The notes below the pieces were generated by a model. That model was not told the DNA's origin and did no database searches. It saw only the letters and a program-made list of their open reading frames with translations. Of a stretch of 64,000 nucleotides of DNA, positions 9,801-18,525 are shown in pieces; within the stretch, counting starts at the first letter, position 1, and every line of letters begins with the position of its first letter. The DNA comes from Candidatus Kerfeldbacteria bacterium (GTDB taxonomy: Bacteria > Patescibacteriota > Patescibacteriia > SBBC01): contig JACQPY010000009.1 of NCBI GenBank assembly GCA_016207275.1, forward strand, positions 27,637-91,636, given 5' to 3'. The translations under genes and the position numbers were made by a program.

Positions 9801-11605
9801 TCGGCGATTTCAAAGGTGAAATTTGCTTCGGTACTGCCATTGGCGCTGACCGTCACGCACTTCGGTTCATCGGTCGAAACGTAGCTTGTACTGGTGCTGA
9901 GGATCGAGACTGCGTTCGAGGCGGCCGCGCTCTGGCTGGGGTACGAGTTGACGCACCACTTGCCGGCGGTCACCGCCAGGCTAAACTTACCGTTACTGTC
10001 GGTGTTGCCCCAGCCCCAACCAAATCCTCCTTCCTGCCAGGCATTGACCGACTGGCCGGAAATCCCCTGGCCCTTGGTATTGCGGACGTAGCCGGCGATC
10101 GTTGAGTTGCGCTCGAGCAAGGTGATCGTCATTTCGTACGACTCGTTGTCCTTCAACGTCAGTGGCGACAGCGACGGCGTTCCGTATTGGGTCGAGCTGC
10201 CGTTGACCGATAGGTTGAAGGTGCCGGGCGGCAATTTCATCGAGCAGCTGCCGCTCCCTACCTGACACCAATTTCCCCCGCCACCCTCGGACCAGGCGTT
10301 GACCGAGTAGTAGTCGGACGACGGCACGGCGGTTCCGTTCGGATACTGGACGCGGACGCTCAAGGTGGCCGACAGCTTGGCCACCGAAAAGTCGGCCGTC
10401 GCTGACTCGGCTTCGGCATTTGATTTCGTAAAGCTGACTTTCTTCGGGCTCTTGGCGTAGGTCCAATCTGGCGAACTACCTTGGCTCCAGGTCGGGTAGA
10501 CGCTGAGGAACCACTCGCCGGCCCCGACGGTCAACGTGTATTGTCCGGCTGAGTTAGTGGTGGCCGAAGCAGATCCCCCGCCCATGTACTGCCAGGCGCT
10601 GACGTTCCCGTCGGTCACCGTCGTACCGTCAGACTTGGTCAGCTTGCCGGAAATGGTTTTGAGGGCGGCGCTCAAAGTAATCGGCGTCGTCAGATAGGTC
10701 TGGTGGGTCGTCCCTTTGGTTAGGCTGACTGTAATCGGGTCAGGGCCGACTAGTCCCGCTGGCGTGTACGGCGGCGAGATCTTCAATTTGTACGTCCCGG
10801 TGGCCACCGCGTCCACCTTGAAAACGCCGGTGCTGTCCGTGCTGGCCCACTGGACCGTGATATTGTTGCTGTCGTTGAGATTAACCGATGCATACGGCGC
10901 GGGCGTGCCGTCAGGCAGAACCACCTTGCCCTTCATCGCTGGCTTCTGCAGCTTGACGACGGATGATCCGTTCGTCCCATCAAGGTAGACGTTCGCGCCC
11001 GAGTAGGTAATCGTCTGATTATCTGGTCTCGATTCCTCTGAATCGCTGGAGTAAATCTCCACGGTATAGGTCCCGTTCGAGGACAATGCCTGCTTGAAAA
11101 CGCCGGCGGAATCGGTGTTCGAGTACTTACTGATTGACCAGTCAGACGTCCGGATGGTTACCGAGGTGTTGCTGACTGGCGTTGTGCCGTCGGACTTGGT
11201 CAGCTTACCAAAGACGTTTGGATTGAGTAACGTGACGCTACCGAGACTGGTCGTTTGGTTATCACTCACCACCACGTCGCGGACGTCGGGGTTAAAGTAC
11301 GAAGCGTGGTTGGCCCAGACGTCCAGTTTCAGCGTGCCAGCCGGCACCGAGGTAAACGTAAATGATCCGCTGCAACCAGTCGACGCGTACGAGGAGTACG
11401 ACCAGTTGCTCGTCCGCAGCGTGACCGAAGCGTTACAGACGCCGGTCGTACCGTTTGGCTCAGTGATGGTTCCGGTGACCGTACCAGAATTGTCGGCCCG
11501 GACCAATGAGACCGGTCCAATTGTCCAGACCAATAAAGAAAGGGCGACCAGCGTAGCAAAAAACCTCCGTTGGAGGTCGGAGCTGGACTTTTGTTCGTGC
11601 CACAT
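6878..11605 (-). CDS. Giant secreted/surface protein with repeated Ig-like (Cna-B/carboxypeptidase-regulatory-like) domains and C-terminal FG-GAP/VCBS-like repeats
   Basis: 1575 aa. N-terminal TM/signal segment (FFATLVALSLLVWTIGPVSLVRA). Many repeats of the type GTVTGTITEPNG...VSNASVTLRTS. C-terminal motifs DVTGDSKADFVVVNPTTGKL, GDLDADGQPELTV and DLNGDGRREIVAV. Confidence 0.85.
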   Translation of the reverse strand: MWHEQKSSSDLQRRFFATLVALSLLVWTIGPVSLVRADNSGTVTGTITEPNGTTGVCNASVTLRTSNWSYSSYASTGCSGSFTFTSVPAGTLKLDVWANHASYFNPDVRDVVVSDNQTTSLGSVTLLNPNVFGKLTKSDGTTPVSNTSVTIRTSDWSISKYSNTDSAGVFKQALSSNGTYTVEIYSSDSEESRPDNQTITYSGANVYLDGTNGSSVVKLQKPAMKGKVVLPDGTPAPYASVNLNDSNNITVQWASTDSTGVFKVDAVATGTYKLKISPPYTPAGLVGPDPITVSLTKGTTHQTYLTTPITLSAALKTISGKLTKSDGTTVTDGNVSAWQYMGGGSASATTNSAGQYTLTVGAGEWFLSVYPTWSQGSSPDWTYAKSPKKVSFTKSNAEAESATADFSVAKLSATLSVRVQYPNGTAVPSSDYYSVNAWSEGGGGNWCQVGSGSCSMKLPPGTFNLSVNGSSTQYGTPSLSPLTLKDNESYEMTITLLERNSTIAGYVRNTKGQGISGQSVNAWQEGGFGWGWGNTDSNGKFSLAVTAGKWCVNSYPSQSAAASNAVSILSTSTSYVSTDEPKCVTVSANGSTEANFTFEIADATVSGVVVDKNNTTLSSVYGWVQASKTTTSSTTSNFYFGGVGGSINSGSFTIRVPAGTWELCASLGYSGDYTTADCVSVTVSSGDVKNDVKLTLVPSNATITGYFRNASGDIITDVFGSVFAQKNVAYRWSSIDSGGYSFKVAAGTWKLGCWVDPSTASQYYLEGTCDKDVTVAENETKRQDIFLKVADSTITVKTVDPDGKPLANALINIDTSFGAAKTISYSQYGAWFNRNKATDQNGMVSLKVPAGTYFVTASIDPGLGYINPEKEVATVAADSPAALTLKFVKPDATISGTVTVEGAKATGTFVAASTSDGGYVETQTTEGTYALKVTGGETWTVVAADETDTSNKGYREGMSVEVAKGSTTAAPTIVLGDGKTEDAASLPEAISVTTATNAQLSMTDQAGASLTIPANTLTADNVTVSVTIEPTVELPDTATSVPATLYGYDLDVRQTSGQNAGQTIKTFVADATVCIPYSETEITADGLAESDLTMQYFDETAGTYRDVKTSTVNATENKVCGTTNHSSKFVLTSTPLVKKTTTPGTPAAPGQDGGGGGTDEAPVVTPELTELTTKQLAALALQKGVLVVSIYNRDGTRAKSFKPYVSRQVTGAFRLVAADVTGSGTEALAVYPVSGQSLPVKVMNLDGKTLGSFTPFGGQPIAITAADIDGDKKAELIVTAKTNASALIYGYSRGKVQRLLTISRPAGSSGGLLVGVGNVTGGESKELIFANPASGKVVAYAANLTQKRAARVATASSSILPKGVKEIHIADVTGSRTNEVLLRGSETATLTAISGKSFKRLTNVKVSAGVTLRLGDVTGDSKADFVVVNPTTGKLTLASYEQAKKRVRVLSTGATNNQSIDTAGSVSIGDLDADGQPELTVAQKNGSRVKVYRYENGKLRAKSSYSLKKASGTNATLLASDLNGDGRREIVAVPSTGTKVSILTFKQDKLSLSKQFTVSGRGFGSGLEVTAATVE

Positions 11606-11798
11606 AGGGATGTTGTAGCTAGTTGTTGAGCCTTCCGCTCTGTGTCTTATGACAGAGCACCTAGTATACCAAAAAATGAATTGCTTGTCCAGGGCGCGCC
11701 AACGTCTAATCGGCGAAACTACGCTGCCAACCCCAGCTTCTGCTTGACGATCTTGGTCACGTCGGGGAAATCTTCCGGTCGGTCTTAGGTTTCACTCC

Positions 11799-11964
11799 TT
11801 TTTGCCCAGAGCGGAAGGAGTGGGATTCGCCAGGTCATGCGACCTGGCGTCCGGTCGAACCCGTCCCGTCGGATCATACGATCCGATCGAATGATCGGAT
11901 GATGGGATGACCGGACGAACTCGCGAGACCCTTGCAGTATACTTTTTCTTTTGCCCAGAGCGGA
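11799..11964. repeat. 16-bp direct repeat TTTTGCCCAGAGCGGA (11799-11814 and 11949-11964) bracketing a palindrome-rich segment at the tRNA-Ser 3' end
   Basis: The second copy overlaps the 3' acceptor end of tRNA-Ser. Between the copies are nested hairpins CCAGGTC-ATGC-GACCTGG and GTCCGGTC...GACCGGAC with inner GGATC-ATAC-GATCC. Confidence 0.5.
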
Positions 11965-12047
11965 GGCGAGAGGATTCGAACCTCTGATACCTTTTCAGGT
12001 ATACGTCCTTTCCAGGGACGCCTATTCAACCACTCTAGCACGCCTCC
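11961..12047 (-). tRNA. tRNA-Ser (GGA)
   Basis: Type II tRNA: acceptor GGAGGCG/CGCCTCC, anticodon loop CTGGAAA, long variable arm TACCTGAAAAGGTA, T-arm AGAGGTTCGAATCCTCT. No encoded CCA. Confidence 0.85.
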
Positions 12048-12145
12048 GCTCTGGGCAGATGCATGATCAACCACCCCGCCATCGCATCCCAAAGCGCCCA
12101 GATTTTACATCCTCATGGTGACTCAGGCAAGCGACGAAACACATT

Positions 12146-12610
12146 TCAGCGTGGTCCCTGTTCTGCTCCCAGCCTGGCCAATTCCAGCGCGGCGGCGACC
12201 GCCTCTCCGCCGACGTGGATCCGAGCTTGGGCTTGTTCCAAGGTATTGACCGTCAGAACTCCGAAACCGATGGGAATGTGGTGATCGAGCATGACTCGCA
12301 AGACTCCCTCTTGCACCATCTTGCAGACGTAGTCGAAGTGCGCCGTGGCACCACGAATGACGCACCCCAGCGCCACTAAGCAGTCGTATCGCTTCAGCCG
12401 CGCGAGGTGCTGGAGGGCGTACGGAATCTCGACTGAGCCGGCCACGGAAACGACCGTGACGTTTTTCTCTTTGACGCGGTATCGTCTCAGTGCTTGGCTG
12501 GCATCGGCGAGGAGCCGGCTGGTGATCTCGTGGTTGAACCGGGAAACCACCACCCCCACGCTCGCGCGAGGGGCAACGATGTCAATGGCTGACCGGCGCC
12601 GTCGTTGCAT
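12146..12610 (-). CDS. ribH: 6,7-dimethyl-8-ribityllumazine synthase
   Basis: 154 aa with VVSRFNHEITSRLL...VAGSVEIPYA...GCVIRGATAHFDYV. Confidence 0.9.
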   Translation of the reverse strand: MQRRRRSAIDIVAPRASVGVVVSRFNHEITSRLLADASQALRRYRVKEKNVTVVSVAGSVEIPYALQHLARLKRYDCLVALGCVIRGATAHFDYVCKMVQEGVLRVMLDHHIPIGFGVLTVNTLEQAQARIHVGGEAVAAALELARLGAEQGPR

Positions 12611-12613
12611 GGT

Positions 12614-13306
12614 TTAGGTTGAACGGTGCTCAAAGAAACGCTGGAGGTACTTTGCCACCAGGTCAAATTCAAGATTCACGCCGTCGCCGATGCGTTTTTC
12701 ATTTAGGTTGGTGTGCTGCCAGGTATACGGAATGACGTGGGTGGTGAAGCTCCACGGCCTCACGGCCGTGGTTTCTCTCGATACGTGGTTCTGTGGAGCG
12801 GAACCCCGCATCCGTCCCGCCGCAGGCGGGACTGGTGCGTGGGTAAAAAAGTTTTTGTTCACGTCCACCACGGTCAAGCTGATCCCCTCAACCGTAACCG
12901 GCGTTTTGGCGGCCACTAGGTTCAACAACTTTTTGGCTTTGACGGTAATAGTAAGGACGTGAGAATTTCCTGCCCGAGCGACAGAAGCAATCGTGCCCAC
13001 GGTGTCCACTAATCCATGCACAAAATTACCGCTGATTTGATCGCCCAGCGCCAACGGCTGTTCAAGATTGACAACACTGCCGGCGATCAGCGTTGACAGA
13101 TTCGTGCGCTTCAATGTTTCCGGCATGTACTGAAACTGCAAATCCGGTCGGGTTCCGATGACCGTCGAACACACCCCGTTGACCGCAATGCTCTGACCAA
13201 CCTTCACCCTCCAGCCCTTCGGCGTGGCGACGATCAAACGCAGGCCTTGCCGGTCTCGGCGGATCCGCTTGACCCTGCCGGTAGCAGAAATAATTCCACT
13301 AAACAT
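12614..13306 (-). CDS. ribE: Riboflavin synthase alpha subunit, with an in-frame hairpin-repeat insertion
   Basis: 230 aa. MFSGIISATGRV...AVNGVCSTV and a second lumazine-binding repeat. An insert of roughly 30 aa (THAPVPPAAGRMRGSAPQNHVSRETTAVRPWS) is encoded around the hairpin GTCCCGCC-GCAG-GCGGGAC (12813-12831). Confidence 0.85.
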   Translation of the reverse strand: MFSGIISATGRVKRIRRDRQGLRLIVATPKGWRVKVGQSIAVNGVCSTVIGTRPDLQFQYMPETLKRTNLSTLIAGSVVNLEQPLALGDQISGNFVHGLVDTVGTIASVARAGNSHVLTITVKAKKLLNLVAAKTPVTVEGISLTVVDVNKNFFTHAPVPPAAGRMRGSAPQNHVSRETTAVRPWSFTTHVIPYTWQHTNLNEKRIGDGVNLEFDLVAKYLQRFFEHRST

Positions 13307-13458
13307 GCGGTTTACCGGCGCTTACGCTCCGCTTCGAGAATCACCAGGGTCGTTCTCAACATCCCGACTATGAACAGAATAATTACCTTTTTCTGGCGAA
13401 GGATTTTCCGAACACTCCTTCGGCTCTGCTTCTAAAATCTTTCCGAAAAACGAGTGGA

Positions 13459-13734
13459 CTAACTTCGCTTCCTTCGAAACACGCCTTCCGCCAAGTACTC
13501 TTTCATCAACGACTGATACGGAATATGCAACTCATTCGCCCGTTCCTTAATCCGAATCAATAGATACGAAGGAACGCGCAGCGAGATAGCGTGCGACGTC
13601 GGTTTGAGATCCGGAAAATGTACTGATTCGGCCTTTGACCAATCAACGTAGCGCGTCGAATCGTGGCGTTGCCAAAATCGCCGTTCGTCTGCTTCGCTCT
13701 TAAACTTAGGCAACTTTTTTAAACTTCTTTTCAT
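13459..13734 (-). CDS. brnA: BrnA-like antitoxin (type II toxin-antitoxin)
   Basis: 91 aa. ERRFWQRHDSTRYVDWSKAESV, then a C-terminal ribbon-helix-helix-like region. Overlaps the toxin gene by 29 nt. Confidence 0.75.
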   Translation of the reverse strand: MKRSLKKLPKFKSEADERRFWQRHDSTRYVDWSKAESVHFPDLKPTSHAISLRVPSYLLIRIKERANELHIPYQSLMKEYLAEGVFRRKRS

Positions 13735-14014
13735 AGATGCCCCTTTCCCGCTTATTCGCTGGTCTTGATGAAATTACTCTGATCATGTTGTTCCTGATAG
13801 TAAATACCGTGAATAATACCTTGCCTCTTTTCGACTGCCCTAACATGCGCCACCGCGACTCACGACGGCTGTGTTTCTTGTCGTAGCTGACAAGATTATC
13901 ATTGAAAAACGCTTCTTCCGTTTCGGCTGGACTGACACCGTGTTTTCGTGCACTTTTTCCCTTATTCCATTCATCCCAGATGAATCCCTTCACACCTTCT
14001 AAAATGGCCGCCAT
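13706..14014 (-). CDS. brnT: BrnT-like toxin (RelE/ParE-fold ribonuclease, DUF497)
   Basis: 102 aa. FIWDEWNKGKSARKHGVSPAETEEAF...VFTIRNNMIRVISSRPANKRERGIY. Toxin gene upstream of antitoxin, as in BrnTA. Local GC is low. Confidence 0.75.
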   Translation of the reverse strand: MAAILEGVKGFIWDEWNKGKSARKHGVSPAETEEAFFNDNLVSYDKKHSRRESRWRMLGQSKRGKVLFTVFTIRNNMIRVISSRPANKRERGIYEKKFKKVA

Positions 14015-14020
14015 GTTTCT

Positions 14021-14045
14021 ATTGTATATACTATTCTATACAATG
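14021..14045 (-). promoter_or_regulatory. Palindromic operator/-10 region upstream of brnT
   Basis: TTGTATA-N7-TATACAA inverted repeat 7-30 nt upstream of the brnT start. Contains TATA-rich -10-like hexamers. Confidence 0.45.
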
Positions 14046-14070
14046 TCAATAGGCACCGCAGAGAATGCCT

Positions 14071-14101
14071 CTAAAAGCTATAAGCTAACAGCTACAAGCT
14101 A
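14071..14101. repeat. Copy of the AAAAGCTA(T)AAGCTAACAGCTACAAGCT repeat family
   Basis: Same motif as 44836-44861 and 46325-46354. Confidence 0.55.
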
Positions 14102-14139
14102 TTTCTCTTTTTCCGCCTCCAAAATCGCCAGTGTCGTCT

Positions 14140-15510
14140 TCAAGCGCGCGAGCGCGCAATTGAATGAGTTAACCGTTGAAGCGCCGGGCTCACCCTCATC
14201 CCGTACCGAGCTTTTGTGGAGATGTTGAAAAGTTGCGGCGAGAACTTATTAGCTTCCCGGCGATACCGTCCACCGATTTCCTGCAATGACGGAAACTTAT
14301 ACACCAGCTTTCCGTTTCTGATAATCGGAACGAGAAGTTTCTTTCCGGCGTGTGGCTCATCCTCAAGACCTAAAGCATCATGGTAGTACTTTTTTCCGCG
14401 CAAAATACGATAGATTTGTTTTCGTCCAGGATACGACGCCTTGCCTGTCGAGGTCTTCATCACCGGCATCATCTTTCCCTGACGCTCGATTTCCGACATC
14501 TTGTAAACCATTTCCAAGGTCGGTGCATCAGTCGGCACGAGCAACTCGGTCACGCCGGCATAAAAATCAATTGGCGCTTTGCGCCGCTCAAGGTCCTGAA
14601 CCTTCCACTCGTCTAAGTTTCCCATCGCGAATATTTTGGCGTACGGAAGGTTAGCTTCATCCAGCATCTTCCTGGCTTGGACGCTTAATGAGTGTAAATC
14701 GCCACTGTCTAACTGTACTCCAACTGCACGCTTTCCTTCCAGCTCAAGCTCTTTGGCGGCGGTAATGAACTTCTTGATGCCCTGGACCGTGTCATAGGTA
14801 TCTACGAGTACATACCCTTTGCCGCCCAGACCTCGTAAGTACGCGCGGATGGCATCCAACTCTTCGTCGAACGCCATGATCAAGTAGTGGAACGTGCCCG
14901 TATAAAAAGGGCTGCTCTCGTGCTTGTAGTGGTAGGTGGCGAGTGTGTTAGTGATGCCGAAAATCTCATTGATTCTGGCTGACCGCATTGCTGCATCAAG
15001 GCCGTAGGTCCGGTTGAACCCGATCCCGACCTGTTTTCCGTTCGCGGCGCGAACAAATCGCGAAATTTTTGAAGCCAAAATCGTCTGTACGTAAATTTCA
15101 TTCGTCACCAGCATCTCGATGAGCTGCGCCTCAACCAACGGTGCCGTAATCCTCACGATCGGCTCCTGGGCAAAGAAAATAGTTCCTTCCCGCATCGCCC
15201 ACAGATCGCCGGTAAATCGATAACTCTTAAAGTACTTAAGAATATTCGGTGGGAAGTGGAGTGTTTTTCGTAACCAGCGCAATCTCGCTGAATCAATCCG
15301 CAGATTCAGCAGGTGTTCGGCCACATGTTCAAGTCCGGCAAACACTAAAAAATTCCTGGTCTTCGGCAGTTCGCGCACAAACAAATCAAAGGTGGTTTTT
15401 TTATCGGCTAGACCTTCATCAAAAAACACCGAAGCCAGCGCAAATCGCGAACTGCTGGTGAACAACGACAGGTCTTCGGATCGGAGGAAATCATTAATCA
15501 TTCGTAACAA
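14140..15510 (-). CDS. pncB: Nicotinate phosphoribosyltransferase
   Basis: 456 aa, NAPRTase family. LVDTYDT motif and overall length fit. Confidence 0.85.
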   Translation of the reverse strand: MLRMINDFLRSEDLSLFTSSSRFALASVFFDEGLADKKTTFDLFVRELPKTRNFLVFAGLEHVAEHLLNLRIDSARLRWLRKTLHFPPNILKYFKSYRFTGDLWAMREGTIFFAQEPIVRITAPLVEAQLIEMLVTNEIYVQTILASKISRFVRAANGKQVGIGFNRTYGLDAAMRSARINEIFGITNTLATYHYKHESSPFYTGTFHYLIMAFDEELDAIRAYLRGLGGKGYVLVDTYDTVQGIKKFITAAKELELEGKRAVGVQLDSGDLHSLSVQARKMLDEANLPYAKIFAMGNLDEWKVQDLERRKAPIDFYAGVTELLVPTDAPTLEMVYKMSEIERQGKMMPVMKTSTGKASYPGRKQIYRILRGKKYYHDALGLEDEPHAGKKLLVPIIRNGKLVYKFPSLQEIGGRYRREANKFSPQLFNISTKARYGMRVSPALQRLTHSIARSRA

Positions 15511-15518
15511 CCGAAAGT

Positions 15519-17930
15519 TTATCTCTCTTTTTCAGCTTCAAGAATCACGAGCGTCGTCTTCAGCACCGTGTCCGGATTGAGCGAAATCGAGTCAATCCCC
15601 TGCTTGACCAAAAACTTGGCCAGCTCAGGAAAATCCGATGGACCTTGGCCGCAGATGCCGATCTTACGCTTGGCTTTCTTGGCTTTGGCAATGGCCGTCT
15701 GCAACATCCACTTGACTGCCTCGTTGTTCTCGTTCCCCACGCTGCTAACGAGCTGCGAATCGCGGTCAAGCGCCAAGGTGAATTGCGTCAAATCGTTCGA
15801 GCCGATGGAAAAACCGTCGAAAACTTTGGCAAACTCCTCGGCCAGCACCACGTTGGCTGGCAATTCGCACATCACGTAGACTTCAAGCCCGTCTTTGTGC
15901 TGCCGCAATCCATGCCTGGCCATGAGCGAAATAACTTTTTTTCCCTCTTCCACTGTCCGGCACATCGGCACCATCACCTTAATGTTCGTCAGGCCGAACT
16001 TCTCTCGCACCCGTTTCAGCGCCTTGACTTCAAGCGCAAAGGCCGGCTCGAACTCCGGGTCGTAATATCGCGCTGCCCCGCGCCAGCCGAGCATCGGGTT
16101 CTCTTCGTGCGGCTCGAATTCCTTGCCGCCGATGAGGTTGGCGTATTCGTTGGTTTTGAAATCCGACAAACGCACGATCACGTCCTTCGGATGAAAAGCC
16201 GCGGCAATCATGCCGATTCCCTGCGACAATTTGTCCACAAAAAATTCTTTCTTATCTCGGTAACCAACGGTCAACTCGTCAATCTGCTTGACCGCCCGCC
16301 GGTCCTTGAGCTTCGGGTATTTGATCAGCGCCAGCGGATGAATTTTTATCCAGGCCGCGGCAATGAATTCCTCGCGCAACAGTCCGATTCCGTCATTGGG
16401 AATGAACGAGTCAGTGAAAGCGCGGTCGGGCGCGGCCACAATCATCATTACCTTGGTGGTCGGCCGCTTGAGTTTCTTTAAATCAACGGCTTTGACCGTG
16501 AACGGCAGAATTCCGGCATAGACCTTTCCTTTTTCACCCTCAGCCGCCGAAACGGTCACACCTTGGCCGGTCCTTATAACCCTGGTGGCGTTATTCGTGC
16601 CGACTACCGCCGGAATTCCCAGCTCGCGCGAGACAATGGCCGCGTGCGACGTCCGGCCGCCGCGGTTGGTCACAATGGCCGATGCAATTTTCATGATCGG
16701 CTCCCAGTCCGGATCAGTGATGTCGGTCACCAGTACCTCACCCGGCTTGAACTTGCCGATCTGCTTCACGTTAAAAATCACCCGCGCTTTGCCAGAACCG
16801 ATTTTGGCACCGATGGCCATGCCGGTCGTCAATTCCCTGCCGCGTTTCCTGAGTTCGTACGTTTCCAGTTTGGACACGTCCTTGCGCGACACCACGGTCT
16901 CTGGCCTGGCCTGCACGATGTAAAGCTGTTTCGTCAACCCGTCCTTGGCCCATTCCATGTCCATCGGTTTACCGTAATGCTTTTCAATCAGCACGCCCCA
17001 GCTAGCCAGCTCCAGCGCTTCCTTGTCCGTCAGGCAGAACCGCGTTCGCTCCGATTCAGTCGTCGGCACGTTCTTGGTCGGCTGGCGATTTGCATTCGCC
17101 GCATTCGCATGAATTCGTAGATTCGCATATACCATCTTGATGTTCTTGTCGCCGAGCTGCCTTTTGATGATCGGCTTGAATCCTTTTTGGAGCGTCGGTT
17201 TGAACACAATGAACTCGTCCGGCGTAACCTTGCCCTGCACAATGTTCTCGCCTAACCCCCACGAGCCATTGATCAAGATCACGTTCCGGAAACCAGAGTC
17301 AGTATCGAGCGTGAACATCACGCCGGAGCTGGCTTTATCCGAGCGCACCATTTTCTGCACGCCGACCGACAATGAAATCTTGAAATGATCGAAGCCCTTG
17401 TCCTGCCGGTAGCTGATAGCGCGGTTCGTGAAGAGCGAAGCAAAACCCTTCTTGGTTGCCTCAATCACGGCCTCGGCGCCGCGGATGTTGAGGTAGGTTT
17501 CTTGCTGACCGGCGAACGAGGCGTCGGGCAAATCCTCGGCTGTGGCGGATGAACGAACGGCCACGTCGCAGTGCTTACCGTATTCGCGTTCGAGTTTTGC
17601 ATAAGCCGTCCTGATGGCCCGTTTGAGATCGGTCGGCAGCTCAACGCGAAGAATCGCCTCGCGCACGCGGCGGCCGCGGTCCGAGAGATTCTCCATGTCA
17701 TGCGTATTGAGGCCTTTGAGAATCTTTCGAATCTCTTTCTTCAGCCCAGTCTTGATAATGAAGAACTGGTAGGCGGCGGAAGTGATAGCAAAGCCGTTCG
17801 GAATACGAATGCCCTTTTTCGTCAGGTGTCGGTACATTTCGCCCAGGGATGCGTTTTTCCCTCCGACCAGACCAACGTCGCTTTTCCCGAGGTCCTTAAA
17901 CCACAACACCAACTGTTTCTTTCTACTCAT
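15519..17930 (-). CDS. ppsA: Phosphoenolpyruvate synthase (pyruvate, water dikinase)
   Basis: 803 aa. PEP-utilizing mobile domain GGRTSHAAIVSRELGIPAVVG and a C-terminal PEP-binding TIM barrel. Confidence 0.85.
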   Translation of the reverse strand: MSRKKQLVLWFKDLGKSDVGLVGGKNASLGEMYRHLTKKGIRIPNGFAITSAAYQFFIIKTGLKKEIRKILKGLNTHDMENLSDRGRRVREAILRVELPTDLKRAIRTAYAKLEREYGKHCDVAVRSSATAEDLPDASFAGQQETYLNIRGAEAVIEATKKGFASLFTNRAISYRQDKGFDHFKISLSVGVQKMVRSDKASSGVMFTLDTDSGFRNVILINGSWGLGENIVQGKVTPDEFIVFKPTLQKGFKPIIKRQLGDKNIKMVYANLRIHANAANANRQPTKNVPTTESERTRFCLTDKEALELASWGVLIEKHYGKPMDMEWAKDGLTKQLYIVQARPETVVSRKDVSKLETYELRKRGRELTTGMAIGAKIGSGKARVIFNVKQIGKFKPGEVLVTDITDPDWEPIMKIASAIVTNRGGRTSHAAIVSRELGIPAVVGTNNATRVIRTGQGVTVSAAEGEKGKVYAGILPFTVKAVDLKKLKRPTTKVMMIVAAPDRAFTDSFIPNDGIGLLREEFIAAAWIKIHPLALIKYPKLKDRRAVKQIDELTVGYRDKKEFFVDKLSQGIGMIAAAFHPKDVIVRLSDFKTNEYANLIGGKEFEPHEENPMLGWRGAARYYDPEFEPAFALEVKALKRVREKFGLTNIKVMVPMCRTVEEGKKVISLMARHGLRQHKDGLEVYVMCELPANVVLAEEFAKVFDGFSIGSNDLTQFTLALDRDSQLVSSVGNENNEAVKWMLQTAIAKAKKAKRKIGICGQGPSDFPELAKFLVKQGIDSISLNPDTVLKTTLVILEAEKER

Positions 17931-17985
17931 TGTCTGTCTCCTTTACGTACAGTCAAACGTCACAAATCAAATGTCAAAAGTTTCT

Positions 17986-18519
17986 TCACTTCCCCTTCCC
18001 TTTCTCACTCGGCCGATGTTCCTTGGCCAGCACTAAAAAGGCGCTGGTGCTCATCAGCACGCCGACCAGCACGGACAAGAACGAGGTGGCAACGATTTGA
18101 AAAAAGGCGGCGAGGTTGTGAAACCACAAAAATTGAAACAGCGAGGTGGCCGCCCCGACAATCAGGCCGGCGGTCAGGCCCAGGCCGGCCGCATTCCCGA
18201 CCGTGCCGCCGTAGACCCGCGCCGTCGCCACCCCCAGAAAAATCGTCAGCACAATCAAGAAAAACCAGGTCAGCGCCAGGTCCCAACGAGCGGTAGTAAC
18301 AATGATGTTGAGCACAATTGTCACCACCGCCGGCCACTTGACCACTTGGGCGTAGCGGACAATCGACCAGCCGCCGACATAGACCTCGGGCTGCGTGGGT
18401 ACTGATTCGGGTTGCTGCATGGGACGTTGGTAGTATACCGTCGTCGCACGACGTTGACAACGCACCGAGCAACATGGTAGCGTCTGCCCGACCGCAAACA
18501 CCAACATTGTCCGACCCAC
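17986..18519 (-). CDS. Hypothetical integral membrane protein
   Basis: 177 aa with 4-5 predicted TM helices. The alternative overlapping frame is Arg-rich and looks spurious. Confidence 0.55.
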   Translation of the reverse strand: MGRTMLVFAVGQTLPCCSVRCQRRATTVYYQRPMQQPESVPTQPEVYVGGWSIVRYAQVVKWPAVVTIVLNIIVTTARWDLALTWFFLIVLTIFLGVATARVYGGTVGNAAGLGLTAGLIVGAATSLFQFLWFHNLAAFFQIVATSFLSVLVGVLMSTSAFLVLAKEHRPSEKGKGK

Positions 18520-18525
18520 GGAGGG

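Noticed and set aside
7236-11618. Numerous 60-175-aa ORFs within the giant surface-protein gene
   Set aside because: All overlap the 1575-aa CDS in other frames or strands and have Pro/Arg/Ser-biased composition.
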